Shown: positions 29,014 to 41,551, counted from the first letter of the stretch. The stretch: DNA of 64,000 bases from Candidatus Hydrogenedentota bacterium (GCA_029974275.1 JARKSN010000275.1:1-64000), one strand, 5' to 3'. Numbers and translations are program-made. The notes: generated by a model not told the origin, from the letters alone.

Positions 29014-29583
29014 GGACTTCTCGCCACGCCACGTTTTAGTTTCCTGCAGGCGATCTTGATCCATCCCAACAGAATTGCCATAAGCGACATGGTGGACGAA
29101 ATCCCCCGCGCGACAACGGCCTTCGAAAGCGAGGCTTCGATGCGTTGTAGAGCCGTACGGGAGAGTCGTGCTGCATAAGAGAAAACGTGGTAGCCATAGG
29201 ACCGTCCGCCACAGACCATATCTTTTCGAGAAAGAGACAAAGACTGCCATGCTGGCAGTTACATCGCAAAACCGCGTTGTCCTAAAACGACCGTGTCCTC
29301 CCTTTTCTGTGGTCACCATCGAAAAAGCCGATTTCGACAACTGGCCGAGCCGAGGTCAAGAAGATCGCCCGAACATTAAAGGCCAATACCGTCAAGCGTC
29401 GCGCCATGATGCTACATCCATCGAAAACAACCTCTCCAGCTGCGCGCAACGAATGAAGATCGCAACCACCATAAGAGAACGCATCAGGCTACCTACTTAG
29501 CCCAAACAAGGGGTGCTTGAGGGCGAATCGGGCCAAGACCGGTTTTGGGACAAAGCCCATCGCAAGCGCCGCTGCCGAAAAGG

Positions 29584-31500
<1,917 letters not shown>

Positions 31501-31677
31501 AGGTTTCCGTTCTATGTCGAGCCCGCTTTGGAATGCGCTCGTTCATTTGCGCTTCCGGGCTCAGGCAGTTCGCTGCCGTTTTTCCAATCCAACTCCATAG
31601 TCGCAAGACGCGCAGCAAGCTGCACGAAAGAAGAAGGACAAGCAAGCTTGCGCGCTTCAAAATTGCGCACGCCGAGA

Positions 31678-32763
31678 TTATACACGCTGCATCAGTTCGT
31701 CGTAGACCCGCAGGTTCCCGGCGATCATGCGCTCGACGGTGAAGCGTTCCCTGACGAAGGCGCGGCCTGCCTGGGCCATGCGTTGTGCGCCATCCTTATC
31801 GTGCAACATGCGCACGATGGCATCGGCGAGCGCTGGGGCGTTGCGTTGCGGCGCGAAAAGGCCGGTCTGGCCGTCGATGACCATCTCGCCCACGCCGCCC
31901 GCGTCGGTCGCGACGGTGGGGACTCCCGACGCGAGCGCTTCGAGGACAGAGGTGCCGAGGCCTTCGGACCAACTCGACGAGATATACACGTCTACGGCCT
32001 TGATGATGCGCGGCGCATCGGTGCGGTGGCCGAGCAGCGTCACGGCCTTGCCGAGTCCCAAGCGCGCGATCTGCGCCTCGATGGCCGGGCGCAATGCGCC
32101 CTCGCCCGCGATGACGAGGCGCGCATTCGGAAACGCCCGCAACACGGCAGGCATCGCGTCAATCAAATTGGCGTGGTCTTTGTGTCCCACCAACGCGCCG
32201 GCGCTCCCGAGAAGCGGAACGCCCTCGGGCACGCCAAGTTCCCCGCGCGATAACGGCGGCGCCTCGAGGCGCTTGAGATCGATGGCGCTGTGGACCACCG
32301 AGACCTTGTCTTGCGGCAAACCAAATTCAAGCAGCACATTGGCAACGCGTTGCGAGACTGCCACGAAGCGATCGGGCATGCCATACTTCCAACGGTTAAG
32401 CGGGTTTGCCTTCGGTTCGAAGCTTACGCGCCGCGCCACGACAACCTTGCCGCGTCCCGCCAACATGCGCGCGAGGCATGCGTACATGTGTGCGTGGCTG
32501 GTCTGTGCGTGCAGAATATCGACGGCGTGTTCGCGCACCGCGCGCGCGAGTTTCCACGCGGTCGCCAGATCGATCTCGCCATGAAATCCCGCGTCGATGC
32601 AGATGGGGGCGGGGGATCCGTAGTCGGCAGACAAGAACGGCGATCCGCGTTTGCCCGCAAGCGCCACGGCGTCGCCGCGTTGGACAAGCGCTTTGATCAA
32701 CCAACTTGCCTGCAATTCGCCGCCGCGCCAACCGGTTTGTTCATCAATGTGCAAAACGTTCAC
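31678..32763 (-). CDS. GT4 glycosyltransferase
   Basis: 'WRGGE', 'HKDH', 'SEGLGTSVLEA'; probable GTG start at 32763. Confidence 0.88.
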   Translation of the reverse strand: MNVLHIDEQTGWRGGELQASWLIKALVQRGDAVALAGKRGSPFLSADYGSPAPICIDAGFHGEIDLATAWKLARAVREHAVDILHAQTSHAHMYACLARMLAGRGKVVVARRVSFEPKANPLNRWKYGMPDRFVAVSQRVANVLLEFGLPQDKVSVVHSAIDLKRLEAPPLSRGELGVPEGVPLLGSAGALVGHKDHANLIDAMPAVLRAFPNARLVIAGEGALRPAIEAQIARLGLGKAVTLLGHRTDAPRIIKAVDVYISSSWSEGLGTSVLEALASGVPTVATDAGGVGEMVIDGQTGLFAPQRNAPALADAIVRMLHDKDGAQRMAQAGRAFVRERFTVERMIAGNLRVYDELMQRV

Positions 32764-33895
32764 GATGAATCTCCAACGCGCGACGATACGCCTCGACCGT
32801 CCGCGATGCAAATGCGTGAACGGTGAAATCGCGCAGCACGCGCCGGCGCCCCGCAACGCCCATGTGCGCCCGCAATTCCGGGTCTCCTAGCAAGCGTTCC
32901 AAGGCATCCGCCAGCGGCTCGACCGTGCCCGCAGGCACGACGATCCCCTCGACGCCGTCGTCCACGATCTCGGTCAGGCCTCCGTAATCTGACGCGACTA
33001 CGGGCTTTTCCGCGGCCATCTGTTCTTTCAAGCTGAACGAGGAGGTGTCGCAGTCAACCGATGGTTGCGCGCCGATGTCGATAGCCTGAACGCATGCCGC
33101 CATGTCGTCGCGAAAACCGGCGAAACGAACCAACGGCGCGATGTCTAAATCGGCGCACAGTCGTTGCAGTTCGGCTTCGCGATCGCCTTGGCCGAGAACA
33201 AGCACGCGCAGTTCCGGGCGTCGGTCCTTCAACTGGGCGACGGCCTGAAACAAAAAATCATGCCCTTTCGCCGGGACGAGCCGCGCCACGATGCCGCATA
33301 CGACATGATTTTCCCCATAGCCGAATTCCTCGCGGATTTTCTGTCGCGCATCCGCATCCGGCTTGAAGAGTTTCGCGTCAACGCCGTTGTGGATCGGAAA
33401 CAGGCGCTGCGCGTCGAACGCGGGATGCCGGGCGAGGTCGTCGCACACGGTCTGACACACGACGATCTGGACGTCCGTCCATCTTCGGTTGAGAATGCGA
33501 TTGGGAAGGCCGCTTTTCACGGCATAGGTATTGTGACGCGTCCGCACCAGGCACGTTGCATAGCCCAGCAGTCGGTTCACGCCGCCGAATAGCCAATGGT
33601 CCTGCGAGCCGCTGACATGCACGATATCGGGCATGTCATAGAGCAGGCAACGCCGCGCTTCGAGGATGTCCCGCCGCCATTCCGGGCGCAATCCGCTGCG
33701 AAACGCAAAACGGTCCGCGACGCCGCAGCCCGCTTCGCGCGCCCGGTCGACCAGCACGCTGCCAGGCTTGCAGCCAATCGTGACGTCGTGCCCCATTGCG
33801 GTGAGTTCGCGCGCGAGGTTGCCGACATACCGCACTTGGCCGCCGCCGCGCAGGTGCGGGTCGGTCATCAGAATCTTCAACGGTTGCGAAATCAC
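32744..33895 (-). CDS. GT4 glycosyltransferase
   Basis: 'GGGQVRY', 'ARLVPAKGH', 'DTSSFSLKEQMA', 'SDYGG'. Confidence 0.88.
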   Translation of the reverse strand: MISQPLKILMTDPHLRGGGQVRYVGNLARELTAMGHDVTIGCKPGSVLVDRAREAGCGVADRFAFRSGLRPEWRRDILEARRCLLYDMPDIVHVSGSQDHWLFGGVNRLLGYATCLVRTRHNTYAVKSGLPNRILNRRWTDVQIVVCQTVCDDLARHPAFDAQRLFPIHNGVDAKLFKPDADARQKIREEFGYGENHVVCGIVARLVPAKGHDFLFQAVAQLKDRRPELRVLVLGQGDREAELQRLCADLDIAPLVRFAGFRDDMAACVQAIDIGAQPSVDCDTSSFSLKEQMAAEKPVVASDYGGLTEIVDDGVEGIVVPAGTVEPLADALERLLGDPELRAHMGVAGRRRVLRDFTVHAFASRTVEAYRRALEIHRERFAH

Positions 33896-36627
33896 TGCGG
33901 CTCCAGCGTCTTCTCTGCCCTGATCTGCGGCGCATGTTCGAGGTGAAGCCCTCGAAAGGCTTTGGGATCGAAGTTCGCCATGTAGAGCACGACGTGATTG
34001 CGGCGCCCGTAGCGCAACAGGCTGCTCGCTTCAAAGAAGTGCGTCACGACTGGCCAGGGGTTGGGCGAATAACCATTCCACGCGGCAAGCGCGGGGTAGA
34101 CCGGACGCTCGACGCCGTTTATCCACGCGCGCGGCTGCAACGCGCGCGTCGCGAGGTCGAATCCGCACTTGATGGGCAGCGCACGCTTGTAGCCTTCCGG
34201 TTCGCCCACAATGCCGCTCGATGTGCGAATGGGATCGAACTGCATCTCCGGCTCGAAGCGGATCACGAAGAACAGCCGGTCGTCATAGGTCCAACAGGGA
34301 CGATGGAGGGTGAACGGCGATGTGTTGACCCGCGCTTCGAGTTCCGGGGCGATGTTGATCTTTCCAGCCAGCCAGACATTACGCCGCGCAGATACGTCGG
34401 GCGTGAGCGGTTTGCCTGCGAACCCTCCGTTCGTCAGCGTTGCGCAGCCATGTTCCAGCAAGCGCTCGGTATACATCCATTCGGATACATCCGTTTCTAG
34501 GGGTTTTCCCGGAAGGCGGACTTCCTGTTGCTGAAAACGGTTTCCAATGCGGATGCCGACCTGCAGGCGCGCTCCGATATCTCCGGCAATGGTGATGCCC
34601 TCCTTATGCTCCGAACCTTCGGCTCCGAAAATCTCGGCGCGTTTGCGGCGGGCGGAAGCGGGAGAACGCCGCACAACTTCGACGATCTTGGCTTCCTTGG
34701 GAGCAATGCTGAGGTTGAGGACGCCGTTTTTGTGAAATAGTCCCTCATCGGGGCCGAGATAGGCGTATTCGCGCGGATACAGTTCGCGCGCGACGTAATC
34801 CGCGTCGTAGGCCAATCGCAAAGTCAGCGCGACTTGGCGCGTCTGCCAGCTGGTATTGAAGAGAAAGACAATGGCTCCGCGCTGCGTGGCGTAGCTGTAG
34901 CCGTCGACGGGATCGATGCCCGGTTCGCCCAGGATTTCATCCACGTGCAGGTGTCCCGCCAGATGTTCTTTTTCCCAGCGCAGCCATTTCACGGCGAATG
35001 CGCGATCCTCGGGGCTCATATCGTGCGGCATTGCATGAAAGCGGTGGCGCAGCCCCACGGCGATTGCAGAGATGATTCCATAGCGCCATCCCGCACGGTC
35101 GTGGTAAAGATACCAGGGGTAGTGATCGGCGCCCGGATACGGTGCATTGGGGCAGGCCTGAGGCACAAGGCCGACCGACGTGATCAGGCTTGTGCGCGGC
35201 AGGAGAAAACTCAGCGAACGCCGGAAGTACAAGCGCTGCATATCGGCGAAGAGCCGGCCCACATGGATGTCAGGCAAGGCGAGGGGGTGTTCCTCGGCGA
35301 TCAGGCTCAGCCCGTCGCTCAATCGCGACACGCCGATGCCGTAGCTGCCATACGCCCCAAAACAGGTTACGTGGCTCGATTCCTCGCGCAGGGTGGCGAC
35401 GATCTCCACGAGGCCTTGGAGTGCGCGGTGGATGGACTCCATGCGGGCGAATTCGCTTTCTTCTCCGGCGTCGGAAGGGGTGATGGGACGTCCGGTCAGT
35501 TCGGCGTCGCGCAAGCCGTGACGGTCGACATGAGTCAAGTACCGATCGACCAGGATGCGATCGATTTCCTCGAGCGAGACGCAAGCGTCAAACTCGCGAT
35601 GGAGCGCTGTGTCCAAGCCGGGGGCCTGGCTTTCGGGCATATCGCGTTGAAGAAGCAACGCGGCGTGGATGTTTTCATCGCGGATACGGTTCTTCACGGT
35701 GGTGGCGAGGGGGTGCGAATCGAGGGAAGCCACGATCCGGGGCATGAGGACGTGCTTGGCGCCGAGCCATGCGCATTGGTCAAGCACTTCCAATTCACTG
35801 GGGCCGGCGATGCCCGGTCCCGGCGCTTCGATTTCCAGCAACGGGGCGTCGATAGGCTGGCGGCCCAGCGAAATGTATTCGCGAAACCATTGCTGCTCGC
35901 CGACGTCGAGGTTGGCGGCGGTTTCATGATACGGATTGACGCGCGATCGGCCGGTCAGTTCGCATATGCCGACGTGTGCCGTCAGCAGACGGTAGCCCCG
36001 GCCCGGTTCGAGCGTCGCGTCGGGAAGATAGTAGAGCTCGAAATCGGCGCCTTCCACGGAGGCGAAGTATCCCGGAAAATCCACGCAGAAAAAGAGACTG
36101 TTGCGCCTTCCGCGCAGAAATACGATGGGATAATAGATGCCGCCATCGTGGAGGAGAACGTGACAGCCCGGCGCCGCGGTTTGGCGAAACAGCGAAGCCC
36201 TTTGTAAATGGAGAGGCTGTTGGATGCCGTGGATGACGATGGATTTTTGGATGACGTGTTGGCCGCGCTGGATGGCGTAGGAAGTTTCCATATTGAAACA
36301 GCCGTAGTCGATATGGACGGAGATGCGGGCCAATTGGGGCGTATTCTGCGCCTCGAAACCGGTGATCCGGGCGGTTGAGGCGTCGAACTGACCTTCAGCC
36401 AGGCCGATTCGCTGAGGAGCGAAGGCAAGGCGAAAGGTCTCGCCCGTCCCCTTGCAGGTGCACACAATGTGGCCATGGCGCTTGTCGTCCAGGTCCACAA
36501 GCAATTCGAGAAAACCGTTTCCGGCTATCCCCGTGCGTTTTTCGACCGATGCGTATGCTCCGGCGCGGCGGGCTGCCGCATGGGCAAGCGCAAGCTGCGG
36601 ATGGATTTCGTCGCGTACGGTGTCCAC
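33892..36627 (-). CDS. Large hypothetical protein, possibly glycoside-hydrolase-like
   Basis: 911-aa ORF with GGGAGG RBS, overlapping the GT4 gene by 4 nt; 'DGYSY...IVFLFN...RELYP' resembles a GH C-terminal beta-sandwich. Confidence 0.6.
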   Translation of the reverse strand: MDTVRDEIHPQLALAHAAARRAGAYASVEKRTGIAGNGFLELLVDLDDKRHGHIVCTCKGTGETFRLAFAPQRIGLAEGQFDASTARITGFEAQNTPQLARISVHIDYGCFNMETSYAIQRGQHVIQKSIVIHGIQQPLHLQRASLFRQTAAPGCHVLLHDGGIYYPIVFLRGRRNSLFFCVDFPGYFASVEGADFELYYLPDATLEPGRGYRLLTAHVGICELTGRSRVNPYHETAANLDVGEQQWFREYISLGRQPIDAPLLEIEAPGPGIAGPSELEVLDQCAWLGAKHVLMPRIVASLDSHPLATTVKNRIRDENIHAALLLQRDMPESQAPGLDTALHREFDACVSLEEIDRILVDRYLTHVDRHGLRDAELTGRPITPSDAGEESEFARMESIHRALQGLVEIVATLREESSHVTCFGAYGSYGIGVSRLSDGLSLIAEEHPLALPDIHVGRLFADMQRLYFRRSLSFLLPRTSLITSVGLVPQACPNAPYPGADHYPWYLYHDRAGWRYGIISAIAVGLRHRFHAMPHDMSPEDRAFAVKWLRWEKEHLAGHLHVDEILGEPGIDPVDGYSYATQRGAIVFLFNTSWQTRQVALTLRLAYDADYVARELYPREYAYLGPDEGLFHKNGVLNLSIAPKEAKIVEVVRRSPASARRKRAEIFGAEGSEHKEGITIAGDIGARLQVGIRIGNRFQQQEVRLPGKPLETDVSEWMYTERLLEHGCATLTNGGFAGKPLTPDVSARRNVWLAGKINIAPELEARVNTSPFTLHRPCWTYDDRLFFVIRFEPEMQFDPIRTSSGIVGEPEGYKRALPIKCGFDLATRALQPRAWINGVERPVYPALAAWNGYSPNPWPVVTHFFEASSLLRYGRRNHVVLYMANFDPKAFRGLHLEHAPQIRAEKTLEPQ

Positions 36628-36749
36628 GGCAGCCTCCCTTCGGACGGTTGTTTGCGTCTCTCAGTTTAGCGCAGCATACCGCAGTTTGGCAACAGCGATC
36701 TTATAAGCCCATGATTCTTAGAGGCATAGGTATTGAACGCGGGCGTGGA

Positions 36750-36995
36750 TTATGCCTGCGTGGATGCAGCGGATTCGTGGTCGGCGGGGGAGGGCTGGGC
36801 GCTTTCGACAATTTCGCCGTTTTCGTCCATCTCCGCTCCTTTGCCCACGGAGCTTCCTTCCTCTTCGATGGCTTGGAGCAATTCGTCGATTTTCCGATTC
36901 GTGGTTTCCAACGCCGAAAGCGCCGAATCAAGCTCCGTGTCGATGTCCAACAAGCCATCGTCGCGTTTGATGACAATCCGTTCTTTTTTCGCCAT
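36750..36995 (-). CDS. Small acidic hypothetical protein
   Basis: GAGG RBS then 'MAKKERIVIK...'; short helical acidic segment. Confidence 0.6.
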   Translation of the reverse strand: MAKKERIVIKRDDGLLDIDTELDSALSALETTNRKIDELLQAIEEEGSSVGKGAEMDENGEIVESAQPSPADHESAASTQA

Positions 36996-37056
36996 GGTTT
37001 CCTCTGGGTGCGCCTGCGGGCTGTAGCGCCGCATCGATTTCAGCGGGAACAGCGGG

Positions 37057-37944
37057 TTAGAAAGCGTCCAATCCAGTCGCGCTCACCTCTGCGGCGAAGC
37101 TGGCCACAATTTCATCGCGATTGTCTTCGGGCAGAGGGGCGGGCGCGCTTTCCAGTAGCGCCCATGCTTCGTCGATGGCCATTTGCGTTTCTTCGGTGAG
37201 CGGCGCGGGACCTTCTTCGCCCGGGCAGGCGACGTGGGCGGCGTTGTTGGCCACCCGTACGACGGCCGCCAATTTGGGATTTTTGGCGTCTTCCAGGGAC
37301 TCTCCCGGGGTGTAATGGTGCAGTCGCAACGCATCGGCCAGTGAGGCGGGGAGGCTCCATACCGCAGCCAGGGCCGCCGCCGCTTCGGCATGGCTGAACC
37401 CGAAGGCGTCGCGCTCCAGATCGCACAGATCCTGGTTCGAATAGGTGGCGACGCGGACGATGTTGAGGTATTTTTCGCCCAGTTTGTTGAGAAGCACCAT
37501 TTTCCCCATGTCATGGAGGAGACCGGCGATGAAGTCTTCGCCTTGGAAATTGAGGCGCATCTCGCTGTCGAGTTTCTTGGCCAAGCCGGCCACCAAGAGG
37601 GAATGCTCTTTGAGGTTGGCTGCGAGCAAGGTGTCGGCGTTGTCGTCGTGCAGCGTGTCGAACACGGAGATGCCCAGCACGATATTGCGCACCTCGCGCA
37701 CGCCGAGGATGACAAGGGCGAGTTTCAAAGAACCCACGTTTTGGCGCATGCCGTAGTATGAAGAATTGCTGATGCGCAGTATCTTGGCGGTCAAGGCGGC
37801 GTCGCGCTCGATGACGGCGCTGACCTCGTCCATGCCCACCGACATGTCCTGCGTTAGCCGAAGAACTTCGGCCACCGTGCTCGGCATGGCGGGAAGATCG
37901 CCAACCTTATCGATGATTTTCTGAAGATGTTGGCTCGTGTCCAT
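37057..37944 (-). CDS. Stand-alone HDOD domain protein
   Basis: 'LPAMP', 'DAALTAKILRISNSSYY', 'GLLHDMGK', 'FGFSHAE...WSLP'. Confidence 0.9.
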   Translation of the reverse strand: MDTSQHLQKIIDKVGDLPAMPSTVAEVLRLTQDMSVGMDEVSAVIERDAALTAKILRISNSSYYGMRQNVGSLKLALVILGVREVRNIVLGISVFDTLHDDNADTLLAANLKEHSLLVAGLAKKLDSEMRLNFQGEDFIAGLLHDMGKMVLLNKLGEKYLNIVRVATYSNQDLCDLERDAFGFSHAEAAAALAAVWSLPASLADALRLHHYTPGESLEDAKNPKLAAVVRVANNAAHVACPGEEGPAPLTEETQMAIDEAWALLESAPAPLPEDNRDEIVASFAAEVSATGLDAF

Positions 37945-38121
37945 ATAAATCCCTTAGATCGCCTCGTATCGGCGTCATGAAGAGTCGACGCGCCGTTGAC
38001 AAAACAAGACACGACACATCTTCTGCGCTTCGTCTTGGCTTGCCGATTGTCCTGCGCTGCCCGATGGAACGTGTCCCTGGGCTCTCTTCCTTGCTGCGTG
38101 AAAACACAAACCTGGCCCGTG

Positions 38122-38952
38122 TCAACGGGTCAGGAGCACGGGGCATGGCGCCCGGTTCAGCACATATGCGGTGATGCTGCCGACGACCAATTCCCGCACC
38201 TTATTATGACCGAAAGCGCCCATCATGAGCAAGTCGGCCGCGCGTTCCTGGGCGAAAGCGACGATGGCCTCGCCCGGGTCGCCCGAGCGGATGGCGTATT
38301 CGACGTCAATCGCGTGCGCGTCGAGATAAGCTTGCGCTTCGTCGGCAAGCGGCTGGGCGTGGCCCTCGCCGACGATGACGACGGAAAGGGGGGCGTTCCA
38401 GCTGGCGCTGGTGAGAGCGGCGACATGCAGGGCGTTTCGGGCGTGTTGGGAGCCGTCATACGCCGCCACAAAGCGGCCTGCCCCGGGCGTGTCGCGCCCG
38501 GTGACCAAAACGGGCCGGTCGGTGCGTCGCACGACCGCTTCAGTCGTCGATCCCAGCAAACCGTCCAGCCATTGATTGTGTTCGCCGCCTCGCCCCAGCA
38601 CGATAAGGTCCATAAGGGGGCTTTTCTCGACAATGCTCCGTGCGACCAGACCGGTCGTCAAGGTGACGTCGCAGGGTATGTTTGCCTCGGCACAGGCCTT
38701 TTCGAAGGCTTCGAGAGCGGTTCGTCCGCGTTATTCGAGCAACATCGCGATATTGCCCTGGTAGTTGATGTAGGGAGCCGTGCCCAGCGACGCGGAAATG
38801 TCCTGGAGAAAGGGGCCTTCCAGCAGTTTTACATCCACGACATGGATGCCGTGGAGCGTCGCCTCGTAGTGGCGCGCCCAGGCGACGGCATAGTGGATGG
38901 CCAACGTCGCCATGGAGCTTCCATCGGTGGGGACCAGGATGTGTTTGATCAT
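38122..38952 (-). pseudogene. Tandem universal stress protein interrupted by one in-frame TAA
   Basis: 'ILVPTDGS' and 'LGSTTEAV...VGSITAYVL' halves share one frame, separated only by TAA at 38731-38733. Confidence 0.8.
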
Positions 38953-39018
38953 GGCGTCCGCTCCGTGAGTGAGGGCCGGCCGTTGGTCCGGCGTGTCCTG
39001 TTCGATCGAAGTTGCATC

Positions 39019-39612
39019 CTACTGTTCCAGCATGCCTTTTGTCGAGGGAATGTCCGCATGGTGCGGATCTAGCGCCGAGGCCTGATCGAGCGCCCGGGCG
39101 AAGGCTTTGAAAATCGCTTCGATGCAGTGATGGACATTTCCGCCGTGGCGCAGGATCAGGTGAAGGGTGATGCGGGCGTTGACGGCAAAGGCCCGGAAGA
39201 ATTCCTCGGCGAGTTCCGAATCGAATTCGCCGACGCTAACCTTGGGCATATCGGCGACGAAACGTACGTACGGACGCCCGCTGATGTCGACGGCCGCTTC
39301 GGCCAACGCTTCGTCCATGGGCGCGACGGCGTGCCCAAAACGGGCAATGCCCCTTTTGTCGCCCAAGGCTTGCAGAAAGGCCTTGCCCAGGCAGATGCCC
39401 ACGTCTTCGACGGTGTGGTGCGCGTCGACATGGAGATCGCCCCGAGCGGAGACGTTCAGGTCAAAGCGCCCATGTTTGCCGATATGGGTGAGCATGTGGT
39501 CGAAGAAGCAGATGCCGGTCTCGGCCTGCGTGGTTCCCGCGCCGTCCAGGTGGATGGCCAGACGGATGGACGTTTCCGTCGTTTCCCGCGCGATTTCCGC
39601 ATGTCGCAGCAT
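39019..39612 (-). CDS. hisB: Imidazoleglycerol-phosphate dehydratase
   Basis: 'RETTET', 'FFDHML', 'DAHHTVED', 'PMDEA', 'NVHHCIE', 'PSTKG'. Confidence 0.95.
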   Translation of the reverse strand: MLRHAEIARETTETSIRLAIHLDGAGTTQAETGICFFDHMLTHIGKHGRFDLNVSARGDLHVDAHHTVEDVGICLGKAFLQALGDKRGIARFGHAVAPMDEALAEAAVDISGRPYVRFVADMPKVSVGEFDSELAEEFFRAFAVNARITLHLILRHGGNVHHCIEAIFKAFARALDQASALDPHHADIPSTKGMLEQ

Positions 39613-39626
39613 GGAGATTCCTTTCT

Positions 39627-40352
39627 TCAACGCCCCAGAAAGAGGCGTTCGGCCAGAAAATGCGGCAGACCCGCTTGAACAATGCGTTGCGCCGCTTCGT
39701 CGATGGGATATTCCACGCGCACGAGCGTGTACATGTTTTGCTTTGTGTCCAGAATTCCGAACGCGGCCCGCGGATCGCCGTCGCGCGGTTGCCCCACCGA
39801 TCCCGGGTTGATGAAAAAGGTCTTGTCGTGTCCCAGTTCGAAGGTTGCCTTATCGTCGAGCGAGTAGATGCCGTCGGAGGAAAAAATGCCCGGGGAATGG
39901 GTGTGCCCGAAGAAGCATAACGAGCACCCTTGGGCCTGCATGAAGGGAAGGTGGGGCAATACGTCTTCCCAACTAAACAAATAGCTGTCGCGATCGGTGG
40001 GCGATCCGTGGACAATCATGAAGCCTTCGAACTCGAGGTAATCGGGCAGGGATCGCAGCCATTCCAGGTTGTCCTGGGTCACGTTCTCGCGGGTCCAGAG
40101 CGCCGCGGACAGGGCGATGGGGTTGAATCCCCATGGTTCCTCGATGCCGCAGGCGACGGCGTCATGGTTGCCGCAGATGGTCACGATGCTGCGCTGGCGC
40201 ATGGCTTCCACGCACGCATTCGGATCGGCGTTGTATCCCACCACGTCGCCCAGGCACAGGACTTGGTCCACGTCGGAGCGATCGATGACATCCAAGACAG
40301 CCGAGAGCGCCTGAATGTTTGCGTGCAAATCGGAGATTATGGCGTATCGCAC
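39627..40352 (-). CDS. Calcineurin-like metallophosphoesterase
   Basis: 'SDLHAN', 'GDVVGY', 'GNHD', 'HGSP', 'GHTH', 'NPGSVGQPRD'. Confidence 0.92.
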   Translation of the reverse strand: MRYAIISDLHANIQALSAVLDVIDRSDVDQVLCLGDVVGYNADPNACVEAMRQRSIVTICGNHDAVACGIEEPWGFNPIALSAALWTRENVTQDNLEWLRSLPDYLEFEGFMIVHGSPTDRDSYLFSWEDVLPHLPFMQAQGCSLCFFGHTHSPGIFSSDGIYSLDDKATFELGHDKTFFINPGSVGQPRDGDPRAAFGILDTKQNMYTLVRVEYPIDEAAQRIVQAGLPHFLAERLFLGR

Positions 40353-40507
40353 CCCGAAAGTCCCTTATTCCGGCAGGCGGTCTGTTCGCTTGCCTGTGTT
40401 GGGCGCAAGGATACCGTGCGTTCCCGCTGATTGCAATGTTGCGGAAAGCCGCTCGTGCGGGGCGGACGCGGCGTTGCGGCGCGCGGCGATGGAGGGGGGC
40501 GCCTGGC

Positions 40508-41551
40508 TTATGCTTCCTCTTCCTTTCCTTCCCGCAGTTCGTGATACGCCCGCCGCAGGTTTTGCCACACGAGTTCCGGGTCGCCGGCGCTGGGCTTGTC
40601 CAAGGGCGCGCCCGACTGATAGTCGCGGTAGGACCACGCGCTTAGGATGTCCACGTCCATGTCCGCGCACAGGCGCGCGGCATGGGCGGCATCGCTCTCG
40701 TGGCGGGCGTCCTGGTCAAAAGCGCATATCCATGCCTCGGCCAGCTTGCCGCTTTCACGCGCGATGCCAACGGCCTCGCCGACATGGCGCGAGATGTACT
40801 CGCGCTGGGTGATGTCGCTATTGGGGCGCCAATAGGCCGTTACGCCGAATGCATCAAGATCGCGCACCGACGCCAAGGCCTTTTTGAATTCGAGCGAATC
40901 GTTGGGAGCCAGGCACACCGAAGCGATAAGGTGATCGCCTCGGGATTTGATGGCGCTGCTGAAACAGTCGAGAAGCGCCGCCATGGTTTGGGCGCGGAAC
41001 GACGCGGTCTCGGGGGTGTCGTGGTCGGGCATGTCGCCACTGGCCCAGCCGCGATAAGCCGCTTTGCAATCCGCGCACCGACACGGCGTCTCTCCGGGTT
41101 CCAGCGATCCAAAGTGCGACGGAAGCGACCACGAAGGCAGGTAGGCCAGCAATCCGGCAGGGCCGTACTTGGTCATGAGGTCCTCCACGACCCATTGGAA
41201 GTACGACCGGACGGCGGGCTTGTTGGGACAACTCATGGGGATGGCGCGTCCGTTGGAGGTGATGCAGTTATATTCCGGGTGACTGGCGGTGAAGATGCTG
41301 GCGTGCCGGCCTCCGCCCAAAATGTTGCCGAAACCGGAAAGCGCGAACATGACGACCAGGTCGACCTCTTGCGCGAAGTCGACGGCGCGCCGGATCACGT
41401 TTGGCGCCTCTAGCAACATGGCCTCCGTTACAGGGATGTAAACGCCGTCGCACACCTGCGCGATCTCGTCGAGATCTTTGCGCAACGTGGCAGGGTAGGG
41501 GTTGATGTGGTAGACGACGTTGAATTCGATGGCGTGTTCTTGCATATCCAT
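40508..41551 (-). CDS. Hypothetical protein, GH-like TIM barrel with Cys cluster
   Basis: 'SCPNKP...CRCADC' resembles the Zn site of GH42-like barrels; AGGAG-like RBS upstream. Confidence 0.55.
   Translation of the reverse strand: MDMQEHAIEFNVVYHINPYPATLRKDLDEIAQVCDGVYIPVTEAMLLEAPNVIRRAVDFAQEVDLVVMFALSGFGNILGGGRHASIFTASHPEYNCITSNGRAIPMSCPNKPAVRSYFQWVVEDLMTKYGPAGLLAYLPSWSLPSHFGSLEPGETPCRCADCKAAYRGWASGDMPDHDTPETASFRAQTMAALLDCFSSAIKSRGDHLIASVCLAPNDSLEFKKALASVRDLDAFGVTAYWRPNSDITQREYISRHVGEAVGIARESGKLAEAWICAFDQDARHESDAAHAARLCADMDVDILSAWSYRDYQSGAPLDKPSAGDPELVWQNLRRAYHELREGKEEEA

Noticed and set aside
28342..29340. 332-aa minus-strand ORF as a real gene
   Set aside because: It is mostly antisense to the methyltransferase and has no RBS or recognisable motif.
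38731..38733. Stop-codon reassignment or selenocysteine readthrough
   Set aside because: The codon is TAA, a single case, and TAA, TAG and TGA all end other genes normally.
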